A stretch of DNA of 64,000 bases, from NCBI RefSeq assembly GCF_009914755.1, contig NC_060936.1; one strand, 5' to 3'. The stretch comes from the human T2T-CHM13v2.0 reference genome, Homo sapiens. Made by a program: the position numbers and the translations under genes. The notes beneath the pieces are model-generated. The model was given only the letters and a program-made list of their open reading frames with translations, was not told where the DNA came from and ran no database searches. This document shows, in pieces, positions 1-10,871 of the stretch. How positions within the stretch are numbered: position 1 is the stretch's first letter; every line of letters begins with the position of its first letter.

Positions 1-1124
1 GTTACCTTAAAAGGCAATTACTCATTGTATATCAAGTGATGAAGAGTTATACAGCTTAGATAAAAGCCTGTTTGTGGGAAGTACAGGCTACAGTTTGAAT
101 ACAAGCTCCATCATTCATTATTTGCATGATCTTAAGAACATTTTTAAAATTTCTCTAACTTTCTTTAACTCTAAAATAAGAATAATAACTCCTACATACG
201 AGAACTGGAGATAATGTATGCCAAGTAACTAATAATGATTAGCACACAGGGACCACTTTTTTTATTGTGGGGTGTCAGAATACTATAATTTGCCTATTTG
301 CCTGTTATTGAATAGTTCTTTGTTTTGTTTTCTTTTCTTTTCATAAACCTTTCAGCACATATAATATAATGTGCTTGCAGAGATTTAAGCTGTTGTCACT
401 ATTATTGTTGTTACTCTAGGGTAGTCAAAAGAAGAGATTGTCCCAGAATTCTGAATGTGGCCAGAACCAACAGAACTGTGACGTTCCCCAGAAGAACCCA
501 GGTCTTTGGTGCCACAGACATACGTGATGCAAAAATTATCATGATACCCAGTTTCAACATGAGAAAAGAAGGAATATTTGTATTATAGCTGAGGGCATTC
601 ACTCGAAGAATCTTTCCTAAGACTTCAGCATCTATTCATTATTTTCATCAGTTTTAAAATCAGTATGATTCTTCCCCAATTTAATAGTAATTATGACATC
701 TACAAAAGCACACACTACAGAAATACAGAGGTTAAAAGAGTGTCTAATTTTATTTCACTTAAGAACATTATTACTGTTATTATTATTTAGTAAGTATTGT
801 ATTTAGCCAGTAATTTCAACTAGACTAATTCTCGTCATGAGTAGATTTTTAACATGAAGAAATTGGAATGTCTGAGGCTTACTTCATGATAGTCCTATTT
901 TTGTGCTGCCTCTCCTCAATCCTGACTTCCTGTTCCAGTAGAAAAGGCAGAATCAAGATGTATTATATAATTACATTGAATAGTGAAGAATATTTGGAAA
1001 GATTTAAAGTAATAGGGCAAAGGTAGGGGTAAGAAAAGACCATATGGACCGATCCTTTGGTAAAAGTAGAAAAGCACTTCGCAAAATGCAGTGTGTACAT
1101 AAGTCAACTAGAGATCTAGTTACA

Positions 1125-1240
1125 ATACATATTCTGATTCAGTAGGCCTATGGTCAGGCCTGCGGTTTTGCATTTCTAACAAGCTTTCATATGAACTGCT
1201 GCTAGTTCCCCTCCCTTCCCCTGACACTCTGAATACTGGG
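1125..1240. mobile_element. MER5-like hAT-Charlie DNA transposon fragment
   Basis: attctgattcagtagg...tgcatttctaacaagc motif typical of MER5A. Confidence 0.6.
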
Positions 1241-4131
1241 GAAGAATCTAAAATCCAGTCATGAGTGGGGAGGAACAATGACATGTGCCCTCCTTTCACC
1301 TCAGCATCATAGAAAGTGTCTGAAAAATTCAAGCACTGGCCCCTTGCCATTTGGAGTCTCTCATGTTGTAACACAGCAGCTCGATGACACTTTGATGCTA
1401 GTAACTGACTTATACCCATCCACAGGCAGAAGGCATAGGCTGTGGAAACACTTTATCTAGAAACCTGACAGACATTGGTCAGATAGCCAGAGGAGTAGCA
1501 GTAACAAGGTGACATCATCTGTGGAGGACACACAACAAAACCAGGACCAGGAGTGTAACTGATAGCCTTTCTCAGAACCAGGCCACTACTATATGTGGGC
1601 CCAACAGTGATTCTCAAAGTAGATCTTCTGGAAAAATCATCACAAATCTTTCTCCTGAAAAAAATTTTTTTTTTCTGGTGGGCCCATCAACAGAGGGGTT
1701 TTCCTCTCCACTTTCTTTAAAATAAAACAAACTCAGACTCACAAATTAATTCTATACTAAGCATTTATTTTAAAAAGAAATAAGAAAAATATGTGAATAA
1801 ATCAATACATTAGAAAGGCCCTAATTTCTTTTAGAATCATTTACTTCAATAACAATGCAAGAATTATAGTGGAAATACATACTCCAGTTTATCTCCTGTT
1901 AAGGGTGTCTTTTTATTATAATATTTCCTTTTCTAAAAGCAGTCACCCTTTTAGGGCAGTGGAGACAGGCCAGCTATACCTACTTGCTTTTCATTGTCAA
2001 AGGTGGTACACATCCTATAATGACTTCAGGAAAGATTGGCAAAGGTGTACTGTGCATGATGATGTTTACTCAGCAGTGAGCTATCACACATATTTCAGTG
2101 GTTTTTTTTTTTCTCTTTAAGATTCTAATAGAATATCAGAAGCCTCATTTCCTGGTTAGTCAATAAGCATCCTGCTTTAGGCTTGGATGAGCACTAGGCA
2201 CTCTTTTCCATTGCTGAGTGAGTGATGGCTGTGCTATGGCAGCTGACACCTTCACTAAGTCATTATCCTTGGAAACAAGGCAATCTATAAATTCAGAGGG
2301 CCGATTTTGCTGGCTGGGTGTTTATATCTATATTTGCTACCTTGGGAGCACACTAACGTTATTTCAGGGCAACTTGTATAAGTAGAGGTATATCCTAAAT
2401 TTTACAATGGAATAGCAGCTTCTTTTGGTTGTTTCCTGGTGTGTTTTTGGTGTGTGTGTGTGTTCTTCTTTTTCAGTTATTTCAGTTTTGCCTTCTGGGT
2501 GTCTTAATATAAAATAACCCCTGAAAGGTCTTTCAGATTTATCTTCTTAAACTCTACTCATTCTCTGGGCTAAAGAGTTGTTGCAATTGCTTCAGAAATG
2601 GAAGCAATGATTTATATTTCACAAGTATTTTCAAAGGTGCTGCAACACAGCGGGACCCACGTCCACTTGTCTTCATTCCCTTGATAAGTAGGAGAGCATC
2701 CTGGAGGAGAGGCGGGCACAGGCTGTCACTGGGAAGCCGGAGTTCTTGTTCCCTGTGAGAGTCATTCATCCCTGCACTAACATCACACCTTGCTTAAACT
2801 ACCCAGTCAAAAATAGATCTCCACTTGAGCTGGAAAAGCAGTGAGATGAAGAAGTACAGAACTACCAGTCTAAATACTTCAGTCCTTTCTGTAAAAATGA
2901 CTCCCTGCTGGTAAGTAACCTTGGTCAGGTCAGTTCACTTAAGGCTGCAAAGAACTAATTCTCTTTTGCTACCAACCCAGTGAACAAACACTTTTTAAAA
3001 TAATGAAAAACATAGACAAAGAAAATGCAGCAAATTAACTTGAAGCTGATAGGATATGAGGTTAAAACACCACTGACAACATTTGGATAGGAAACAAGTA
3101 CTTAACAACGGCACACTTGCTTTTTTTTTTTAATAAGTGGCAAATCTTGAAAAAATAACCAATTTTAATTAATAATAGTTTTACTATATCAGTGAGCTCT
3201 TTATAGGATGTAGCTATTAAAATCAACAGTTTGACAGTTTCCTTTTCTTCATTACTCTCCAATTGTTTTATAGGGATTGCTTTCTTCCCAACTAGATTTT
3301 AAACTCTTCAAGGGCAGCAATAATATCTTTTTCATTCAGGATTTTGGATCAGACCTTTGTGCTACCCATGTGCTCAACATTGGCAGAGAGGTGGGAAAAA
3401 ATTCCAGTCTGGCCCCTAAAGAAGTGCTCCATGTGTAATAAGAGAACAAAGTGTGCTCTTGAGCTACCGACTTTCTAGTTACTCCATTCTGACAGTGGAT
3501 CACAGCTGGATCAAGCTAGAAGTACAATGGGGAATGGCAGGGCAGATGGAGCAGGTGACGACATTTTGTACTCTTGTCCCACCTTATGGGTATTGGCCCT
3601 GGTGCTGTGGCAACAACTCATTATCTTGCTGCTCTTAAATCTGAGATCTCATTGGGGTAATTTTTACCTTTCCTTGAGTTTAAATTTCTACCCTTTTGTT
3701 TAACAAAATTGAAGTATCTATATGCAGTGATTCTTGGTATAGCCATTTATTTTACAGTGGTAATCCCATAATAATTATCATTTATTGAGCATGTATTAAA
3801 TGATGGGTACTGTAAGTTGATTATCTAATTAAATCTACTCAAATCCCCTCTGCGGTAACTATTAGTCCCAATATAGAGATAAGGAAGTGGAAGCATAGAG
3901 ATCTTATGCCTGGAAAATGAAGGAGGAGGTATTTGAAACCAGGTCTGTGTACAACGCCTGCACTCTCCTAATACAAAAGTGTTGAATGTCTGCAACTTAT
4001 TCTCATCTTGGAAAATACGCATTTATATGTTTGCCAGGTTCTATGGCTACTGAATAAGCTATGTGCAGCAGGCTAGGAAAATGGATGGAGTAATCATTTG
4101 TTCCAGGCATGGTTAAAATACTACCATACAC

Positions 4132-4430
4132 GGCCGGGCGCGGTGGCTCACGCCTGTAATCCCAGCACTTTGGGAGGCCGAGGCGGGCGGATCACGAGGT
4201 CAGGAGATCGAGACCATCCCGGCTAAAATGGTGAAACCCCGTCTCTACTAAAAATACAAAAAATTAGCCGGGCGAGGTGGCGGGCGCCTGTAGTCCCAGC
4301 TACTCGGGAGGCTGAGGCAGGAGAATGGCGTGAACCCCAGGGGGCGGAGCCTGCAGTGAGCCGAGATCGCGCCACTGCACTCCAGCCTGGGCGACAGCGA
4401 GACTCCGTCTCAAAAAAAAAAAAAAAAAAA
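4132..4430 (+). mobile_element. Very young full-length AluY-lineage element (Ye5-like right arm, Ya5-like left-arm bases)
   Basis: Nearly all CpGs intact, pure A19 tail, perfect 17-bp TSD AAAATACTACCATACAC (4115-4131 and 4427-4443), TT|AAAA site. Confidence 0.97.
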
Positions 4431-4659
4431 TACTACCATACACATTGCTTAATGATGACTGAGATGCAGTTGAGTTTTGAGACGTAGTTGCTGCCTTCAA
4501 CCAACAGAAATACAAACTGAACCTTCTAGGCTGATAGACCTTGTGCGATTTATGAGACGAGAGACAGACTGACCAGACTGCCAAAACTATATCTTTTGTT
4601 CTTTCCCTCATGATTTCATCCATAATAGAAATGTAAAAAATTGTCGATGCAGACACCAA

Positions 4660-5530
4660 AAAGAGTGAAAAGAAAAGTCAAAAACTGGGAGAAAAGACTT
4701 GCAATCCACATCACTTACAGAAAGAACTCCCGCAAATTAATTAGAAAAAGACAAAGAACTCAATAGAAAAATGAACAAAAAGCTTGAATAGGCTCTTCAC
4801 AGAAGGGAAGACACAAATGGCCAATAAAAAGCAAAAGATACACAGCCTCATTAGAAATCAGGAAGTTGAAAAGTTGAAAATTAAAACCACAGTGAGCTAT
4901 CATGTTACATAAACCAGATAGGCAAAACATTATAACTCTAGTGAGAACATGGAGTGTCCCAGCACTTTTACAAGGCTGGTGAATATGTAAGTGGGTAAAT
5001 TTGGAAAGTAATTTAGCAATTTAGCATTATCTAGAAAGCAATTTGGCATTTTCTAGAAAAGTTGTTTTGCTCTTAGGTATATGCCATAGTGACAATTTTT
5101 CCATATGTACAGGAAGACAAATGGTTCAAAGCAATACTATGTGTAATAACCAAAAAAAAAAAAAAAAAAGGATAAAATGAGAAGCAACCTCAATCAACAG
5201 ATCGACAGCAAATGGATAAATAGATTGTGGTATATCCACGTGATAAAGCAGTGAAAACATATAAAGTATAGCTACATGTAACAATATAAATGAATCTGGA
5301 ACTAAAGATTGAATGAAAAAGCTGTTGCAGAAGGACACATAGAAGAAGATTCCATTTATAAAGCTCTTTAATGTGCAAGACTTTTGCTTTCTTTGATAGC
5401 AAGGGAACGATAGCACAAAATTCAGGTCAGGACAGGATGGGCTGTGAAGGGACCAGGAGATCCCAGGAGGGCTCTCATAAAATGTCAAAACTAAACATAG
5501 TGCTCTTTTTATTAAACTTTTGCTCAGGTG
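4660..5530 (+). mobile_element. Old L1 (L1ME/L1MD-like) ORF2-end/3'UTR fragment
   Basis: Degenerate L1 motifs such as aactgggagaaa, cttcacagaag..acaaatggccaataa and aaatggataaatagattgtggtata. Confidence 0.7.
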
Positions 5531-5544
5531 ATCATTGCATAATT

Positions 5545-5670
5545 ATTCTTTCTTTGTGTTTTTTTATTGTGGTAAAATATACATAACATAAAATTTACCA
5601 TCTTAACTATTTTTAAGTGTATAGTTTAGTGGCACTGATTACATTCACACTATTGTGCCACCATCATAGT
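5545..5670 (-). mobile_element. L1MB-like 3' end fragment
   Basis: ttattgtggtaaaatatacataacataaaatttaccatcttaac is the reverse complement of an L1MB terminus. Confidence 0.7.
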
Positions 5671-7359
5671 AATACTTGAATAAAAAAATTTATAGCAATG
5701 TTTGGTGATAATATCATCTTCCTATCTTTGGTAAATTTTAGCCAGCTCACAATCATAAGAAAAGTCTCTGATTTTGGTAAATTTGTACAGTGAGAAACTT
5801 GGTTTTTGTCAATGAGAAAAGCATATTGAGTTTGGTTTGGGGGGAATTAGTATAATATTTGAAAGAAGGTTATGTTGTTCAATCCCCTGAAGTCATTAAA
5901 AAGCAGCAACATATTTTCAATGGCATCTGAAAGTTCAGTGCTACTTGGAGTTTAAGGAGTTTTATCTACAACTTGTTGGATCAATTATAAAATTTATTTT
6001 ATGTCAGATAGTGTTTTATTACATTAATTCAGTTTCATCTCTCTTAATTATTTTACAGCCCAAAAGTTAAAAAAAGAAGTATGACACATTTACATCTGGA
6101 CATTTTCCAAATGTTACATAATTAGAAATGGAAAGTAATTGTTTTATAATGATTTTCATAATACCAACTCTTCATGTGTTCTGTGAAGAACGAGGATAAA
6201 ACAGCAGGTATGAAACCCACAATGGAGTTATCTCAAATTTGTCATCAACTCGCCCATTTGAACATTATTGATCTCACCTTTTTTGTTAATGCTGGGATTT
6301 CAGACCCAAGTTCAGCAGTTTCTTGTTGCAGTTGTTTCTTTGTTCTCTGTGCCTGTTGCAGCATGACTTGATCATTATTGAAGTGCATTTGTAACTCCAG
6401 AAACTGAGGGCCGAAAAAAAGAGAGGAGAGGCTGTGTTAGGCAAGAATTCTGTTTTATAATAAAAGAAGCCATTGAATGCCTAAAGCTGATTATGTAACA
6501 AACTCCATTAGGGCCTGCAAATTTCCACCAGAGAATGAAGCATGATGGGAATTTTCAAGTCAGTTCTAATTTCTTTTCTGCCTTCAGGAGTTCTTTGATA
6601 AAAGCAATATAGTAACTCATAAAAAAAATCTGGCAAGACTCCAAAAAAGTGATTTAATCTGCTATATTTTATGACATTTTATAGCCAAGTCATTTTTAAC
6701 AAGTTCATTCACTTGATAATTATAACAGATTATCTGATATGGTTATCTTTTATACAATAGATTTTTCTCATGAAATAATATTTGTTAATATTTTTAAAAT
6801 CTCAATTTCTTTGTAGCACAGTTCATAAATATTTACAATGTGTGATATTGTGTTACACATTTGTTATAGGAGCCTTAGCCAACAATGCACCATGAATAAT
6901 AACAGCAATAGCCTTTGCTGGTTCTGCTTCCTTAGGAGCTTAATTAAAAGTAAGTGCATGACATAAAGAATGCAGCCTATAGATGATTTGTGACTAACAA
7001 CATGGCAAAGTACTTTAAGATGGTAAATAATTGTTTCACCATCACAATACCTGAGCATTCTCTAAATACTGAGAGGCAGAAGAAGCTAGTGCAGTTCCTT
7101 TGACAATGCATCCAGATTTTGGTTTTCTCAGTTATAACTTGAAATAACACCACCATCAACTCACCTTATTACAGAATGAAATGAAACTCTAAGTGTAGTA
7201 GCTAAACCTAATGATAATTTGTTGGGGCCATTCGCTTAAGCTTTTTCTGGAAACCCATATCTAAGGGAATACATACAGACAGACCCTATTTGATAATGCT
7301 GCACATAGTGCTAACTCAAATGTCTGTAAGTCTCTGAAATATTTCTCTTTACAAACTAA

Positions 7360-7521
7360 CATATATATGTATATATGTGTGTTTGCGTATCTATATAATG
7401 CATCCATACACACATAGATATGCATTACATTATATACATACATATACATATATATTGCTACATATACATGTATATACATATACGGTTACATATATTACAT
7501 TATACATACACATATATATAT
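7360..7521. repeat. (TA)/(TACA)-rich low-complexity simple repeat
   Basis: Alternating purine-pyrimidine tract visible directly. Confidence 0.9.
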
Positions 7522-7759
7522 GGCTTCCCCCACACCCCGCACCATGCTCTACGTGGTATCTTCCACACACTCTACCTTACGTTTATTCCCAGCTAAAGAG
7601 TATTAGTGCATCATATTGCAAAGGCACTCTGCCAAAAAGGACTCTACCACATTTTCCTGAGTTGTGTGAGTTCTAAAACACACATTGTTTACTTGGCTGT
7701 GGCTGTTCTTCCTATTTATTTTGTATTATGGTGAGCAGTTTTGACCCATCATGTAGGAT

Positions 7760-7774
7760 AAAAAGTCAACAGGT
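7760..7774 (+). repeat. 5' target-site duplication of the TDG retrocopy (AAAAAGTCAACAGGT)
   Basis: Matches 10857-10871 at 14/15 positions. The T|AAAAA junction resembles an L1 endonuclease site. Confidence 0.9.
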
Positions 7775-7880
7775 GAGGTCTCTGGGGTTGTCTTACCGCA
7801 GTGAGTACCACGCGGTACTACAGAGACCGGCTGCCCGTGTGCCTGGCAGGTGGAGCTGCCCGCATCAGCGGCCTCGGGGA

Positions 7881-9112
7881 ATGGAAGCGGAGAACGCGGG
7901 CAGCTACTCCCTTCAGCAAGCTCAAGCTTTTTATACGTTTCCATTTCAACAACTGATGGCTGAAGCTCCTAATATGGCAGTTGTGAATGAACAGCAAATG
8001 CCAGAAGAAGTTCCAGCCCCAGCTCCTGCTCAGGAACCAGTGCAAGAGGCTCCAAAAGGAAGAAAAAGAAAACCCAGAACAACAGAACCAAAACAACCAG
8101 TGGAACCCAAAAAACCTGTTGAGTCAAAAAAATCTAGCAAGTCTGCAAAATCAAAAGAAAAGCAAGAAAAATTACAGACACATTTAAAGTCAAAAGAAAA
8201 GTAGACCGTTTTAATGGTGTTTCAGAAGCTGAACTTCTGACCAAGACTCTCCCCGATATTTTGACCTTCAATCAGGACATTGTCATTATTGGCATAAACC
8301 CGGGTCTAATGGCTGCTTACAAAGGGCATCATTACCCTGGACCTGGAAACCATTTTTGGAAGTGTTTGTTTATGTCAGGGCTCAGTGAGGTCCAGGTGAA
8401 CCATATGGATGATCACACTCTACCAGGGAAGTATGGTATTGGATTTACCAACATGGTGGAAAGGACCACGCCTGGCAGCAAAGATCTCTCCAGTAAAGAA
8501 TTTCGTGAAGGAGGACGTATTCTAGTACAGAAATTATAGAAATATCAGCCACGAATAGCAGTGTTTAATGGAAAATGTATTTATGAAATTTTTAGTAAAG
8601 AAGTTTTTGGTGTAAAGGTTAAGAACTTGGAATTTGGGCTTCAGCCCCATAAGATTCCAGACACAGAAACTCTCTGCTATGTTATGCCGTCATCCAGTGC
8701 AAGAAGTGCTCAGTTTCCTCGGGCCCAAGACAAAGTTCATTACTACATAAAACTGAAAGACTTAAGAGATCAGTTGAGAGGCATTGAACGAAATACGGAC
8801 GTTCAAGAGGTGCAATATACATTTGACCTACAGCTTGCCCAAGAAGATGCAAAGAAGATGGCTGTTAAGGAAGAAAAATATGATCTGGGTTATGAGGCAG
8901 CATATGGTGGTGCTTACGGAGAAAATCCATGCGACAGTGAACCTTGCAGCTTCTCTTCAAATGGGCTAATTGAGAGCCTGGAGTTAAGAGGAGAATCAAC
9001 TTTCAGTGGCATTCCTAATGAGCAGTGGATGACCCAGTCATTTACAGACCAAATTCCTTCCTTTAATAATCACTGTGGAACACAAGAACAGGAAGAAGAA
9101 AGCCATGCTTAA
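7881..9112 (+). pseudogene. Disabled TDG CDS: -1 frameshift in the A-run at 8167-8171 (codons 96-98) and nonsense TAG at 8537-8539 (Q220*)
   Basis: ATG 7881 to TAA 9112 is 1232 nt, one base short of a 410-codon-plus-stop CDS. N140 (AAC 8297), R275 (AGA 8702) and K330 (AAG 8867) fall at the expected codon numbers after the 1-nt correction. Substitutions relative to recalled human TDG include G86S, L132Q, L173V and C276S. Confidence 0.95.
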
Positions 9113-10811
9113 GAACGGTGCTTCTCAGCTCTGCTTAAATGCTGCAGTTTTAATGCAGTTGTCAACAAGTAGAACCTCAGCTTGCTAACTGAAGTGTTTT
9201 ATTAGTATTTTACTCTAGTGGTGTAATTGTAATGTAGAACAGTTGTGTGGTAGTGTGAACCGTATGAACCTAAGTAGTTTGGAAGAAAAAGTAGGGTTGT
9301 TGTATACTAGCTTTTGTATTTGAATTAATCATCATTCCAGCTTTTTATATACTATGTTTCATTTATGAAGAAATTGATTTTCTTTTGGGAGTCACTTTTG
9401 ATCTGTAATTTTAAAATACAAGTCTGAATATTTGTAGTTGATTCTTAACTGTGCATAAACCTAGATATACCATTATCCCTTTTATACCTAAGAAGGGCAT
9501 GCTAATAATTACCACTGTCAAAGAGGCAAAGGTGTTGATTTTTGTATATGAAGTTAAGCCTCAGCAGAGTCTCATTTGTTAGTTTTTAGTGGTAACTAAG
9601 GGTAAACTCAGGGTTTCCTGAGCTATATGCACACTCAGACCTCTTTGCTTTACCAGTGGTGTTTGTGGGTTGCTCAGTAGTAAAAACTGGCCCTTACCTG
9701 ACAGAGCCCTGGCTTTGACCTGCTCAGCCCTGTGTGTTAATCCTCTAGTAGCTAGTAACTACTCTGGGGTGGCAGGTTCCAGAGAATGCAGTAGACCTTT
9801 TGCCACTCATCTATGTTTTACTTGAGACACGTAAATATGATAGGGAAGGAACTGAATTTCTCCATTCATATTTATAACCATTCTAGTTTTATCTTCCTTG
9901 GCTTTAAGAATGTGCCATGGAAAGTGATAAGAAATGAACTTTTAGGCTAAGCAAAAAGATGCTGGAGATATTTGATAATCTCATTTAAACTGGTGCTTTA
10001 TGTACATGAGATGTACTAAAATAAGTAATATAGAGTTTTTCTTGCTAGGTAAATCCAGTAAGCCAATAATTTTAAAGATTCTTTATCTGCATCACTGCTG
10101 TTTTTTACTATAATTAAATGAACCTCATGGAAAGGTTGAGGTATATACCTTTGTGATTTTCTAATGAGTTTTCCATGGTGCTACAAATAATCCAGACTAC
10201 CAGGCCTGGTAGATATTAAAGCTGGGTACTAAGAAATGTCATTTGCATCCTCTCAGTTACTCCTGAATATTCTGATTTCATACATACCCAGGGAGCATGC
10301 TGTTTTGTCAATCAATATAAAATATTTATGAGGTCTCCCCCACCCCCAGGAGGTTTTATGATTGCTCTTCTCTTTATAATAAGAGAAACAAATTCTTGTT
10401 GTGAATCTTAACATGCTTTTTAGCTGTGGCTATGATGGATTTTATTTTTTCCTAGGTCAAGCTGTGTAAAAGTCATTTATGTTATTTAAATGATGTACTG
10501 TACTGCTGTTTACATGGACGTTTTGTGCGGGTGCTTTGAAGTGCCTTGCATCAGGGATTAGGAGCAATTAAATTATTTTTTCACGGGACCGTGTAAAGCA
10601 TGTAACTAGGTATTGCTTTGGTATATAACTGTTGTAGCTTTACAAGAGATTGTTTTATTTGAATGGGGAAAATACCGTTTAAATTATGACAGACATCCAC
10701 TAGAGATGGGTTTGAGGATTTTCCAAGCGTGTAATAATGATGTTTTTCCTAACATGACAGATGAGTAGTAAATGTTGATATATCCTGTACATGACAGTGT
10801 GAGACTTTTTC

Positions 10812-10817
10812 ATTAAA
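10812..10817 (+). terminator. Polyadenylation signal ATTAAA copied from TDG mRNA
   Basis: Lies 24 nt upstream of the genomic poly(A) tract that starts at 10842. Confidence 0.8.
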
Positions 10818-10856
10818 TAATATTGAAAGATTTTAAAATTCAAAAAAAAAAAAACA

Positions 10857-10871
10857 AAAAAGTCAAAAGGT
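10857..10871 (+). repeat. 3' target-site duplication of the TDG retrocopy (AAAAAGTCAAAAGGT)
   Basis: Follows the poly(A) tail directly and matches 7760-7774. Confidence 0.9.

Larger units (their letters stand above)
7775..10856 (+). pseudogene. TDGP1: Processed (retrotransposed) pseudogene of thymine DNA glycosylase TDG, full-length mRNA copy (probably TDGP1)
   Basis: Three consecutive ORF pieces translate to TDG (MEAENAGSYSLQQAQAFYTFPFQQ..., GINPG catalytic motif, ...QEQEEESHA*). No introns, GC-rich 5'UTR, 1.7-kb 3'UTR, ATTAAA at 10812-10817, poly(A) at 10842-10856, flanking TSD. The TDG origin is near certain; the locus name is recalled. Confidence 0.95.

Noticed and set aside
7261-7676. 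Tyr/Ile/His-rich ORFs on both strands
   Set aside because: Artefact of the (TA)/(CA) simple repeat.
7881-9112. Functional TDG gene or retrogene
   Set aside because: The frameshift at 8167-8171 and the in-frame TAG at 8537-8539 both fall before or within the catalytic domain; poly(A) and TSD show a processed pseudogene.
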